From Dehalococcoidia bacterium (GTDB lineage Bacteria > Chloroflexota > Dehalococcoidia > Lucifugimonadales > Lucifugimonadaceae), in the NCBI GenBank assembly GCA_963664695.1, contig OY761543.1, positions 957,799 through 1,021,798 of the forward strand: a DNA stretch of 64,000 nucleotides, written 5' to 3'. Shown one piece after another: positions 48,718 through 57,816 of this stretch. The notes under the pieces are model-generated. The model did not search any database and had not been told where the DNA came from. It saw nothing but the letters and a program-made list of their open reading frames with translations. Made by a program: the position numbers and the translations under genes. Position 1 is the first letter of the stretch. Every line of letters starts with the position of its first letter.

Positions 48718-49419
48718 ATGTCAGACACAGTTTTAAGCATCGCTCTCATCGTCGGGGCCTATCTCATCGGATCGGTTCCATCGGCGTACGTGATCGGACG
48801 TATGGTTGCCGGCATCGACATTCGTGAGTATGGAAGCGGCAACGTCGGTGCTTCCAATGTCTCGGTGCACGTCGGCAAGAAATGGGTAGCCCCAATTGCC
48901 TTGTTTGATGTCTTCGTTAAAGGCTTACTACCTGTTTACGTCGGCGGAGCAGCCGTCTTGGACCTCGGTGCTGCGACCCAAGCCGTCGCTGGATTGACAG
49001 CTTTATGCGGACACAATTGGTCGATATTCCTCAAGTTTTCTGGCGGCCGAGGAATATCGGTCGGCATTGGTTCGATAGTCGGTTTCGGGGTTCCGCTATT
49101 CATACTTTGGGCAGCGATCCCCGGGATTTTGTTCTCGCTGACGCCGTGGCGCGATTCCGCGGTGGGATGGCTGATTGCAACACTGTTACTCCCAATCTGG
49201 GCGCTGTGGGCGGGTTATGGTGTTTGGGTGGCAATCTACGGGATCGGTTTCGCCGTGATTACGATAATCCGGCGGACTACATCCGGTGGATTCAAAGAAT
49301 CGTTGTTAAGTTATGGAGAGTTGACGCCTGTGAGATTGATTTGGAACCGAATGGTGTTCGATCGTGATATCGCATCACGCGATCTTTGGGTTCACAACCG
49401 ACCTGACCAAACCACATAG
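48718..49419 (+). CDS. plsY: Glycerol-3-phosphate acyltransferase PlsY
   Basis: The 233-aa ORF is polytopic and has GSGNVGASN and GGRGIS motifs. Confidence 0.9.
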   Translation: MSDTVLSIALIVGAYLIGSVPSAYVIGRMVAGIDIREYGSGNVGASNVSVHVGKKWVAPIALFDVFVKGLLPVYVGGAAVLDLGAATQAVAGLTALCGHNWSIFLKFSGGRGISVGIGSIVGFGVPLFILWAAIPGILFSLTPWRDSAVGWLIATLLLPIWALWAGYGVWVAIYGIGFAVITIIRRTTSGGFKESLLSYGELTPVRLIWNRMVFDRDIASRDLWVHNRPDQTT

Positions 49420-49433
49420 TCCGAAACATACTG

Positions 49434-50024
49434 ATGAGCCAAAACGCTACCGACGTCGAACTCAACATGACGGAGTGTCCCCGCGACTCTGGGGTCGAGA
49501 CTAACCTGCGTTGCGCGCAGTGTTCCGACCCGATATGTCCGCGCTGTATGGTGTACGCGCCGGTTGGTTCCAAGTGTCCTGACTGCGCGTCGATCGGCGG
49601 GCCTGCGATCTTCAAAGTCACCCAGAGCGATTTGATTCGCATCGGCGTCCTCGGCGGTTTGGTCTCCATCGGGGTCGGCGCGATTGTTGCCGTCATCCTG
49701 ACCGCTTTGTGGTCGTTGGAAATCCTGGAAGGCACCAACTCGAGCATTTGGTTGATCGTAGTGGGTGTCGCGCAGTTTGCTGGTGTGATGCTTGTCACGC
49801 AAGCGATGCAACTCATTTCGGGCAGGAAATACGCCACCAGCTTGCGTATCATGGCCGCGGTTCTCGCGCTAATCTTCTACGTCGCCGAAGTTATGGTGAT
49901 CGAAGTAATTGATGGTGTCTTTCCGAACCTGCTCGTCGGTGCAGGTATCGTCGTGCATTTGCCGGGATTGATCGGTTTTGCTTTCGGAACCTACTACGCG
50001 ATGCAGCGGTTTAGAACTTTGTAG
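49434..50024 (+). CDS. Hypothetical membrane protein with N-terminal zinc-ribbon (CxxC-x-CxxC ... CxxC)
   Basis: The 196-aa ORF has RCAQCSDPICPRCMVYAPVGSKCPDC followed by about 4 TM helices. I recognised no family. Confidence 0.45.
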   Translation: MSQNATDVELNMTECPRDSGVETNLRCAQCSDPICPRCMVYAPVGSKCPDCASIGGPAIFKVTQSDLIRIGVLGGLVSIGVGAIVAVILTALWSLEILEGTNSSIWLIVVGVAQFAGVMLVTQAMQLISGRKYATSLRIMAAVLALIFYVAEVMVIEVIDGVFPNLLVGAGIVVHLPGLIGFAFGTYYAMQRFRTL

Positions 50025-51030
50025 GGATAATCGACCCTTTGCCGGTCTGACGGTGTGAGATCGCTTCGTCGATCATTTCAAACAGCGACAGAGGTGGATC
50101 GTAGTTGAAATCGCGCTTGGCGGCTGACAGGTCGTATTCGTAGTACGTGGGCGTGATCGGCAGATTGACGGCCGTGTATGGCGCGTTCAGTTTCTCTGCG
50201 ATGTACGGAATCATCACCTCCCATTGGAACGGTTCGCTCGACGCCAACTGGTATGTTTTGCCGAAGGTAGCAGTCGCCCCAACTGCATTTTCGTAGGCGT
50301 GGATGATGTCTCGCACCTCCACGAAATGCTTCTTCCACGGCCGGCCGTTGCGGTCCGCCGCGAGGATCAGGTGAGGTTCGCCGTCGTAAGCATTTGACAT
50401 CACATCGTACGCAGCTCTGAGTTCCTCATCACGGGAATCCTCTAACTGATCCATGTAGGTCTTCAAGTAAAACTGCGCATAGTCCAAGACCTCCCCTGCA
50501 CCCCATGCATTGGCAAACCTGAACACTGTCGCAGGCAGTGATTCGGCGCGGACGTACCGATCTACCAGATACTCTGTCAACACTTTCGAGTAGCCGTACC
50601 ATGCCGTCGACACCAACGGCAGCGAGTCCTCGCGTATCGGTTCGACGATGCCCGCAGGTGGATATTTGTCCATAGTTGCATCGGTGCTCGTTACGATTAC
50701 GTGCTCTATCCGATCTGACGATGAAGCGGCTTCGAGGACGTTAAAGGTGCCCTTCACGTTGATGTCGAAGTACTGCTCTGACGTGAATGGTCCACCAGCC
50801 TGGAATGCCGCGCCCAAGTGGAAAACCGCATCAGTCCCTTTGATGGCTTTAGCAACGTCTTCAAATGTCGCGAGATCGCCTTCGACGATTTCGGCACCAA
50901 TCTGAGCGACCTTTTCGGATTGGCGGTCTCCCGGCCAGACCAAACCAATTACTTCGTGACCGATATCTACGAAACGTTTGGCGACGTTGGCCCCAACGCG
51001 GCCAGTGATGCCAGTAATCAGGATTCGCAA
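50011..51030 (-). CDS. NAD-dependent epimerase/dehydratase (extended SDR)
   Basis: The 339-aa ORF has ILITGITGRVG (Rossmann loop) and YGYSK (YxxxK). Confidence 0.85.
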   Translation of the reverse strand: MRILITGITGRVGANVAKRFVDIGHEVIGLVWPGDRQSEKVAQIGAEIVEGDLATFEDVAKAIKGTDAVFHLGAAFQAGGPFTSEQYFDINVKGTFNVLEAASSSDRIEHVIVTSTDATMDKYPPAGIVEPIREDSLPLVSTAWYGYSKVLTEYLVDRYVRAESLPATVFRFANAWGAGEVLDYAQFYLKTYMDQLEDSRDEELRAAYDVMSNAYDGEPHLILAADRNGRPWKKHFVEVRDIIHAYENAVGATATFGKTYQLASSEPFQWEVMIPYIAEKLNAPYTAVNLPITPTYYEYDLSAAKRDFNYDPPLSLFEMIDEAISHRQTGKGSIIPTKF

Positions 51031-51210
51031 TTTTGGTTCCTCGGTCTTGCTAGTTTGACCAGAGACATTGCTTCGGAATGTTGCATCGCCTCCGGAATCT
51101 TCGACGCAAGCATAGACGATTTATCGGTTTGTTTCCGTTAAACTGCAATCGCTGAGACGGTCGTGGTTCTAACGCGACCGCGACATGGCGCTGTGAACAG
51201 GGAAATTCCA

Positions 51211-52338
51211 ATGACCCAAATCGAGAAGGTTGAGACGTTTCTGTGGAGCCGTTGGCTCCTGATCAAGATTCACTCGGAGGACGGCTTCGTCGGCATCGGT
51301 GAGGGCGGCGTCCACGGTTGGCAACGTCCGACCAAGACGATGGTTGATGTGATGACCGACTACCTGATCGGCAAAAACCCGAACCTGATCGAGCATCACT
51401 ATCAGTACCTCTACCGTTCGTCTCACTTCATGGGATCGGTTGTACAAGGCGCATTGAGCGCAATTGACATTGCGCTGTGGGACATGAAGGGTAAGCGTTT
51501 GGGCGTACCGATATACGACCTGATGGGCGGCAAGACAAGAGATCGGGTGCGCTGCTACATGCACGTCGATGGCGACACGGGCGAGGAATTGGCAGCTGAC
51601 GCCCTGCGCGCGAAGCAGCAAGGATTCACAGCGGTACGCTTCACGCCATTTCCGCGAGATTATTACTTGCACAAGTCGTATACCGAATGGGCCGATGAAG
51701 CGGTTGAGCGGGTGGGAATGGTCAAAGATGCGGTAGGTTCAGACGTTGACATCTGCGTTGAAATCCATCGCCAAATGAATCCGGCAGAATCGATCTGGCT
51801 CGGGCGGCGACTCGAACAATTCAATCCCTTCTTCTATGAAGATCCGATGTTGCCCGACTCCCCAGCGCGAATGGCGGAGGTACAAGCACAGTGCAACATC
51901 CCCATCGCCACTGGTGAACGTTTCACGACGATATTCGAGTATCAACAACTGCTGGAGAACGGTGGATGCGCGTACGTGCGCCCTGACCTCTGCCTCTGCG
52001 GTGGATTGAGCGGGTGCAAGAAAGTCGCCGCCATGGCCGAGGCTCAACATGTCAAAGTGATTCCCCACAATCCCTTGTCGCCAGTCTCGACCGCCGCGTG
52101 CGTTCAACTCGACGCGTGCATACCGAATTTTGCTTTGCAAGAATACACGGGTGAATCCGATCCACCCAAGTCTGAACTCCTCGTTGAACCGCTCGAATTG
52201 ATTGACGGTTATCTGACTGTTCCCGAAGGTCCGGGACTAGGCGTCGAATTGAACGAGGAAGCCTTGGCCAACATCGGCGAAGAGCCGAAGGTGTTGGACA
52301 CCCCAATCGGTTTCGATGGTTCGGTGCAAGACCGGTAG
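51211..52338 (+). CDS. Enolase-superfamily acid-sugar dehydratase (galactonate/mannonate dehydratase-like)
   Basis: Motifs are IALWDMKGKRLGVPIYDLMGG, EIHRQM, FYEDP, ATGER, VRPDLCLCGG and IPHNP. I prefer ATG 51211 (MTQIEKVETF). Confidence 0.85.
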   Translation: MTQIEKVETFLWSRWLLIKIHSEDGFVGIGEGGVHGWQRPTKTMVDVMTDYLIGKNPNLIEHHYQYLYRSSHFMGSVVQGALSAIDIALWDMKGKRLGVPIYDLMGGKTRDRVRCYMHVDGDTGEELAADALRAKQQGFTAVRFTPFPRDYYLHKSYTEWADEAVERVGMVKDAVGSDVDICVEIHRQMNPAESIWLGRRLEQFNPFFYEDPMLPDSPARMAEVQAQCNIPIATGERFTTIFEYQQLLENGGCAYVRPDLCLCGGLSGCKKVAAMAEAQHVKVIPHNPLSPVSTAACVQLDACIPNFALQEYTGESDPPKSELLVEPLELIDGYLTVPEGPGLGVELNEEALANIGEEPKVLDTPIGFDGSVQDR

Positions 52339-52361
52339 GATTGACGCTCGGGGAATTTGGA

Positions 52362-52436
52362 TGGAGCGGGAGACGGGATTCGAACCCGCGACCTTCTGCT
52401 TGGGAAGCAGATACTCTACCACTGAGTTACTCCCGC
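52362..52436 (-). tRNA. tRNA-Gly (anticodon CCC), CCA encoded
   Basis: The reverse complement GCGGGAGTAACTCAGTGGTAGAGTATCTGCTTCCCAAGCAGAAGGTCGCGGGTTCGAATCCCGTCTCCCGCTCCA folds by hand into a cloverleaf. It has a 7-bp acceptor stem, a 4-bp D stem, the anticodon loop TTCCCAA, the T loop TTCGAAT and discriminator U. Confidence 0.95.
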
Positions 52437-52525
52437 TCGGTTGAGACGTGATGCAATTATAGCGGTTGGTGATGGTTCGCCTAATTCGGATGACCCGAAG
52501 GTCTTAGTGGATACGAAGCGAGGCG

Positions 52526-53230
52526 TTACGCCGGCCATTCCTCGAGGTCCCACGCCATCTGCCAGAACGCGCGTTCGTATCGTGTGCAGGTGATGTAAGC
52601 CTCCCGCATCGCGTCAAGTTCCGGTTGACCTGCGTCTTGGGCGACACGGTCGCAGATGGCACGAGCCTCGAGCGCGACGGTGCGCGATTCGTCGCCGGCA
52701 TACATTCGGATCCACTCGGCGTAGTGCGGGGCATCTTGTGGCTCACCCGCGTCGGCCAGCATTTCGCCAACTTTCCAGTAGCCCCAGATACAAGGCACCA
52801 ATGAGGCGATCAGTTCTCCAAAACTTCCTATCTGGGCAACGCGCAAGAGGTAGCTCGTGTACGAGTACGTTGTCGGCGCGTGTCGTGTGGTCTCTAACTC
52901 ATTGGCGGTTATCCCAAGATCGGCGCAATATGAACGGTGAAGTTCCATTTCGGTGTTGAGGATATGATCGACCGCGCCTGCAAACCAACTCATGGTCCCC
53001 AGGTCGGGCGCCTTCACCGTGCCCATGGCTAAACATCGGGCGTAGTCGATCAGATACACGTAGTCCTGGGCCATGAAATGTTTGAAACGCGCATCGGAGA
53101 GCGAACCGTCTCCGATGCCGAGGACGAAGGGATGACGCATCATCGCCTCTCTTTGAGCCAAAGATTCCACTTCGATTCTGTCGCAAAACGTCATGGTTTT
53201 CATTTCGTGTCCGCGAATGTACATCGCCAC
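52526..53230 (-). CDS. tenA: TenA/THI-4/PqqC-family protein (thiaminase II / aminopyrimidine aminohydrolase-like)
   Basis: The 234-aa ORF has HPFVLGIGDGSLSDARFKHFMAQDYVYL and a C-terminal YERAFW. The start is uncertain: GTG 53230, ATG 53203 or ATG 53194. Confidence 0.75.
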   Translation of the reverse strand: MAMYIRGHEMKTMTFCDRIEVESLAQREAMMRHPFVLGIGDGSLSDARFKHFMAQDYVYLIDYARCLAMGTVKAPDLGTMSWFAGAVDHILNTEMELHRSYCADLGITANELETTRHAPTTYSYTSYLLRVAQIGSFGELIASLVPCIWGYWKVGEMLADAGEPQDAPHYAEWIRMYAGDESRTVALEARAICDRVAQDAGQPELDAMREAYITCTRYERAFWQMAWDLEEWPA

Positions 53231-53332
53231 TTGTTAGTTACCGTTGGTCTGCCGATTCTCGCACAGGCTCAATGTGATCTTGCTGGAGTCGGTGGTCGTT
53301 CAACTCGCCGACACTGGTATCCTCGGAGATTG

Positions 53333-53899
53333 ATGGCTACGAAAAGACAAAACCCAGGGCGAATGGTGTGGCTCGACCTCGAGATGACTGGTCTAGAGGA
53401 ACAACACGTCATCATAGAGATCGCCACCGTAGTCACCGATTCGAACCTTGAGATCTTGGCGGAGGGACCGGACATCGCGATCAATCGCTCCGTGGATGAC
53501 CTCAACAATATCGACCCTTGGTCGGCCCGCCAGCACTCTGAATCTGGCCTCATGGACAAGGTGAGGGCTTCGAAGATCGGCATCAACGAAGCAGAAACCC
53601 AGACTTTGAATTTCGTCAAAGAGTGGGTCGGTCAGTGGGAAGCGCCGCTGTGCGGAAACTCGATATGGGTCGACAGGTTATTTTTGAAGCGCGAGATGCC
53701 GAAGTTGGAATCGTATCTGCATTACCGCGTGATCGATGTCAGTTCCATCAAGGAACTGATCGGCCGGTGGCATCCCGACGCCAAAGAACCACCAACGAAG
53801 GCGAAGTCACATCGCGCGCTGGACGATGTGCTGGAGAGCATTGATGAGCTCAGGTGGTACCGTCAACAGTTTTTTCAGGCACCTGGGTCAGTCGGATAA
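53333..53899 (+). CDS. orn: Oligoribonuclease (DEDDh 3'-5' exonuclease)
   Basis: The ATG at 53333 gives a 188-aa protein: MATKRQNPGRMVWLDLEMTGL...GNSIWVDRLFL...HRALDDV. The longer ORF in the track (from 53078) overlaps tenA and is unlikely to be real. Confidence 0.9.
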   Translation: MATKRQNPGRMVWLDLEMTGLEEQHVIIEIATVVTDSNLEILAEGPDIAINRSVDDLNNIDPWSARQHSESGLMDKVRASKIGINEAETQTLNFVKEWVGQWEAPLCGNSIWVDRLFLKREMPKLESYLHYRVIDVSSIKELIGRWHPDAKEPPTKAKSHRALDDVLESIDELRWYRQQFFQAPGSVG

Positions 53900-53908
53900 A
53901 GCGTCGAT

Positions 53909-55360
53909 TCACGACGGTCGACGCAGCATTCGCTCGACGCGTCGTTCCGCTTCACCGAGTTGCGCGTCGGTTTGACGGCGTTCCGAGTACCGCGTGAGCG
54001 ATGCCAATACCGTCGAATGTGGCCTACCGCCGATTAAGTTGCCAGTCTCAGAGCTTGTGAGACCACACTTCTCGCGCAGCATATAGATAGCCAAATCTCG
54101 CGCGGCGTTTACTGATCTGTTGCCTCTGCCAGGCCGACGCAGTTCCTCAACGTCAATCGTGAACACATTTGCCACCGCATCGAGAACGGCTTCTGGCGCC
54201 ATCATGGTTGGCTCTGGCGCACTGACCCGGTCGCGTACCGCGTCGATGGCGACGGCGAGATTTACGGTGGATGCTGCAGCCGCTCGAGAGGGTAGGGTTG
54301 CCGATTGAACAGGGTTCGAAAATCTCAGATGCGCGTCGACACGTGCGATACCGCCGATGATCTCCCTGACGTTTCTGGCTACTCGATTTGACAGATAGTC
54401 CAACGCTTCGGCTGCCAAATCTAGGTGCCTCTCGTTCGCGTACCGGTGCAGAAGGGATCGCTTTAGCTTGAAATCAGGTGGTTCGATCGCGATCTCGAGT
54501 CCGCCGGCCAAGCGCGACGTAATCTCTTCGCCGAGGTCAAGCATCGGATAGGAACTATTGAAGGTGAAGACGAGTTGTTTCTGATTCGAGATGAGGTGTT
54601 CGACGATGTTGAGGAAGAACGACTGAGTCTTCTCTTTGCCGATCAATTTTTCGATGCCGTCCACCAAGAGTGCGTCAACACCGCGGTAACGATCGCGCAC
54701 TAAGTCGACGTTTCCGGCGCGTGACGATTTGACATAGTTGTCTACGAACTCTTCACCTGTCAAACAGACAACGTTGACATTGTTCTGACGCATCTGATTG
54801 GCGATTGCGTTGAGCAGGTGAGTCTTGCCTTGCCCGGTCTCAGCCGTGATGGTGAGCGGATTAAACTCTTTGCCTGGGTTTTCGACGACCTTCTGGGAAG
54901 CGCTCATCGCTTGGGCATTGCAATCTGAGCTCTCGAACCGTTCGAACGTGCTACTCGGGATTGTTGGGAAGGCGAGCGCGTTCTCACGAGCCATGTTCGC
55001 GCGCTGCTGACGCATTCGAACATCCCGCCATTGCATATAGTCGCCAGCAAGTCCTTCACGGACCAATACATCGCTGCTGGTGTACGCCATGGTTTCAAGT
55101 TCGATCTTGATCTCCTGACCGAAAACTTGGGCCGTAAATCGCCGAAGGCTTCGCATAACACGTTGCCGGATCCACGCGGCGATGAAGCCGTTTTTGACCG
55201 TGACGTGCAACACGCCATCGGCGACGGATGTCGCTTGAGTATTTGCTAGGTATGCATTGAAATCGGCTTGATTGCCGAGCTGGATCTCGACCATCCCGAG
55301 TACGGTTTTCCAGCGTCTCTGCAACGCGCTTGCGTTGATTTCTGAAAGGGCGTCAGGCAC
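53909..55360 (-). CDS. dnaA: Chromosomal replication initiator DnaA (divergent AAA+ motifs)
   Basis: The 483-aa ORF has the P-loop AETGQGKTHLLNAI, a Walker B region LLVDGIE (canonical is DDIQ), NVREIIGGI (box VIII), and the DNA-binding domain ARDLAIYMLRE...IGGRPHSTVLAS. It uses a GTG start. Confidence 0.85.
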   Translation of the reverse strand: MPDALSEINASALQRRWKTVLGMVEIQLGNQADFNAYLANTQATSVADGVLHVTVKNGFIAAWIRQRVMRSLRRFTAQVFGQEIKIELETMAYTSSDVLVREGLAGDYMQWRDVRMRQQRANMARENALAFPTIPSSTFERFESSDCNAQAMSASQKVVENPGKEFNPLTITAETGQGKTHLLNAIANQMRQNNVNVVCLTGEEFVDNYVKSSRAGNVDLVRDRYRGVDALLVDGIEKLIGKEKTQSFFLNIVEHLISNQKQLVFTFNSSYPMLDLGEEITSRLAGGLEIAIEPPDFKLKRSLLHRYANERHLDLAAEALDYLSNRVARNVREIIGGIARVDAHLRFSNPVQSATLPSRAAAASTVNLAVAIDAVRDRVSAPEPTMMAPEAVLDAVANVFTIDVEELRRPGRGNRSVNAARDLAIYMLREKCGLTSSETGNLIGGRPHSTVLASLTRYSERRQTDAQLGEAERRVERMLRRPS

Positions 55361-55728
55361 ACATCATCCTTTCGGGTACGAACAAAGAATCGACGGCGCG
55401 CAAAGACGTGGGTACAGCTTCGCGCAAGTTACTTTTTGTCTGGGTCTCGGGCCGCCTCCTCAGAGCCCGAAAACAAAGTCAACATCATTTAACATATCGA
55501 GTTTCGTCAAAACTGGCAACGCGAAAAGGGCGTATTTTTGGGCGTTTTTGAACCGAAATTTCCCGTTTGAACACGCGTCCAAAGTCTCGATTCAGTGTCT
55601 GTTTGGCAAGCCTTGTGGCTAGTGAAAACCGCATCGTACCCACCGTTGTCGCACTAAATTCGATTTCGTTACCCGACTAAAGCATCGCCAATCGACATGA
55701 TGTCAAAGTTGTGCGAAAATCTCACCAG

Positions 55729-56676
55729 ATGAGAACAGTATTTTTTGGTACGCCAAACTCCGCGATTGCTTCGATTCGCGCCCTTCTCGACGCGAATTTC
55801 GAGGTGCCACTCATCTGCACGCGACCGGCAAAACGCGCCGGTCGCGGCAGAATTGCGATGTCTAGCCCTGTCGCGAAATTCGCCGAAGAAAACGGTATTC
55901 CGACGATCACTCCAAATCGGTTGGACGCCGCGGCAATAGCGGCGGTAAGATCGGCGAAGGCGGATGTCGTTGTAGTCGTCGCGTATGGGCGGTTGATCCC
56001 AAGTGAGATTCTGTCGGCTGCGCGACTCGGCGCGATCAATATCCACCCATCATTGTTGCCGAGGCATCGGGGGCCGAGTCCAGTCAGCACCGCGATTCTC
56101 GAAGGCGACGCGTTCACGGGAGTTTCGCTGATGTTGTTGGATGAAGGGATGGACACGGGCCCGGTTCTTTCGCAATCTGCGCCAGTCGAGATAACGTTGC
56201 AAAGTCGCGTCGATGGTTTGACGGATCATCTTTTCGAGGTAGGGGCTGAGATGCTTCCCAATGTGCTCGATGGTTTGGCCTCTTGTGAGTTGTTACCCCA
56301 ACCTCAGGATGAAGCGGGCGCGACGGTGACGCGTCTGATCCGCAAGAAGGATGGGGTTGTCGATTGGGATGCAGCGGCGAAACAGATTGTGAGGATGAAC
56401 CGGGCTTTCCATCCGTGGCCCGGGACTAGCACGTTGTGGGATGGGGAGTTGCTGAAGCTGATCGATGTTGAGTTGGTAGTCCGGGAGAGGGTCCCAGCCG
56501 GTATCGATCCGGGGGTTGTGTTTCGGTGCGACGGTCAGAGTGTTTGCGTGGGCGCGGGCGATGGCGCGGCGATTCGTCTGGTCGAGGTGCAAGCGGCCGG
56601 GAAACGGGCAATGTCGATTGATGAGTTTGTTGTCGGGCGGCCGAATCTTATTGGTGCTCGGTTGGGCGGCGAGTGA
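55729..56676 (+). CDS. fmt: Methionyl-tRNA formyltransferase
   Basis: Motifs are MRTVFFGTP, RPAKRAGRG and INIHPSLLPRHRGPSP. I prefer ATG 55729 over the GTG 55711 in the ORF track. Confidence 0.92.
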   Translation: MRTVFFGTPNSAIASIRALLDANFEVPLICTRPAKRAGRGRIAMSSPVAKFAEENGIPTITPNRLDAAAIAAVRSAKADVVVVVAYGRLIPSEILSAARLGAINIHPSLLPRHRGPSPVSTAILEGDAFTGVSLMLLDEGMDTGPVLSQSAPVEITLQSRVDGLTDHLFEVGAEMLPNVLDGLASCELLPQPQDEAGATVTRLIRKKDGVVDWDAAAKQIVRMNRAFHPWPGTSTLWDGELLKLIDVELVVRERVPAGIDPGVVFRCDGQSVCVGAGDGAAIRLVEVQAAGKRAMSIDEFVVGRPNLIGARLGGE

Positions 56677-56715
56677 GATTTCTGGTTCGTAACGAAATAG
56701 TTGAGGGAGTTAGAA

Positions 56716-57561
56716 ATGATCATCGATTGTCATGTACATGTTTGGGAGTTGCCTCCAATAGCACCGGTTGGCCCGACGGCTCCGAGCTGGACGGCGGTTA
56801 CGGAAGAGGCTGGTCCGACGGGGTTGTTGGTGGAGGACATGGATGAAAACGGTGTCGATGCGGCGGTGTTGGTTCAGTCGAGCGGCTCAACTTGGGACAA
56901 TACCTATATCGCGGAATCGACAAATTCGGATCGGAGTAGGTTTCGATCAATAGGTCTTGTAGATCCGATGGATTCGCAGAATGCTTCGGTTGCGGCTCGG
57001 TGGATGGATGAGTTTGGAGTTTCGGGATTCCGTTTTCATCCAGATTATTATCCGGATGATGTGGTGTTGGACCCGGTTAGGAATGGGGCGATGTTTCGGG
57101 CGATTGAGGAGCGCAGTGGGATCGTGAAGGTTCACAATCGGGTTGGGAATGTGGGTCAGATGGCGCGGGTTGTTCCCATGTATCCAGAGATTACGTGGAT
57201 CATCGACCACATGATGTACCCGGAGCCTTGGATGGCGGGAGATGGTTGGACGGCGTACCTACCGGTTTTGGAGCTGGCTCGGTTTCCGAATGTGTTGATG
57301 ACGATCTCGGATGTGCACAATCGATCAGTGGAAAGTTACCCGTTTGGCGACATGCATGGCGTGGTGATGATGGCGATTGATGCGTTTGGGATTGAACGGT
57401 GTATCTGGGGGACCGGGTATCCGGGGTACCTTCGCGAGAAGAATGATTGGATTTCGCTGGCGGAGGAGTTACGACTGGTGCGCCAGGGGTTCGATTGGTT
57501 GACGGAAGAGGAGCGCGGGAAGTTGCTCGGGGAGAATGCGAAGAGGATTTATGGTTTCTGA
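56716..57561 (+). CDS. Amidohydrolase-2 family metal-dependent hydrolase
   Basis: It starts MIIDCHVHVW (the HxH metal site) and has a C-terminal ...CIWGTGYPG. A GAGGGAG Shine-Dalgarno sequence lies 7 nt upstream of ATG 56716. Confidence 0.8.
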   Translation: MIIDCHVHVWELPPIAPVGPTAPSWTAVTEEAGPTGLLVEDMDENGVDAAVLVQSSGSTWDNTYIAESTNSDRSRFRSIGLVDPMDSQNASVAARWMDEFGVSGFRFHPDYYPDDVVLDPVRNGAMFRAIEERSGIVKVHNRVGNVGQMARVVPMYPEITWIIDHMMYPEPWMAGDGWTAYLPVLELARFPNVLMTISDVHNRSVESYPFGDMHGVVMMAIDAFGIERCIWGTGYPGYLREKNDWISLAEELRLVRQGFDWLTEEERGKLLGENAKRIYGF

Positions 57562-57816
57562 TCGCCCACTTGGTTAATGTAGGCGGCGGAGTTCGGACTT
57601 GCGTTGCGGTGATTTTCGGTCCCGTTTGGCGATGTTTCGTTTGCGGTTGTAGTTTTTCTCTAGGTTTTCGTCTTCAAAGGTGATGGGGTGCGTGATGTTT
57701 TTACGCGAGCGAGTCTGTCGAGCGCGATTGCTTTGGGACGCTGGTGGGAGTCGGTCAGCTGTGGGATCTTGTTTTGGCTCGCTGGGCATGAATTGGTTAT
57801 AGCAGGTTCCAACGCA

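Noticed and set aside
52339-52525. I considered tRNA-Gly as a possible integration hotspot for a genomic island.
   Set aside because: There is no integrase, no direct repeat of the tRNA 3' end, and no foreign-looking genes on either side. The neighbours are an enolase-family dehydratase and tenA.
53231-53332. I looked for riboswitches in the expected places: a THI-box upstream of tenA, purine or ZTP elements upstream of purE (58612-58836) and purF (27690-27776), and an L-box upstream of thrB-lysC (28773-28980).
   Set aside because: I could not find the conserved cores by eye (for example CUGAGA and GGGG for TPP, or the purine junction motifs). An Infernal scan would be needed to exclude them formally.
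57574-57789. A 71-aa lysine/arginine-rich minus-strand ORF (…ITFEDENLEKNYNRKRNIAKRDRKSPQRKSELRRLH) sits in the convergent spacer between the amidohydrolase and the PIG-L gene. It briefly looked like a small ribosomal or nucleic-acid-binding protein.
   Set aside because: I could make no convincing match to bS21 or other small basic proteins. The minus strand here is C/A-rich and T-poor, so stop-free frames arise by chance. There is no Shine-Dalgarno sequence. It remains possible but unsupported.
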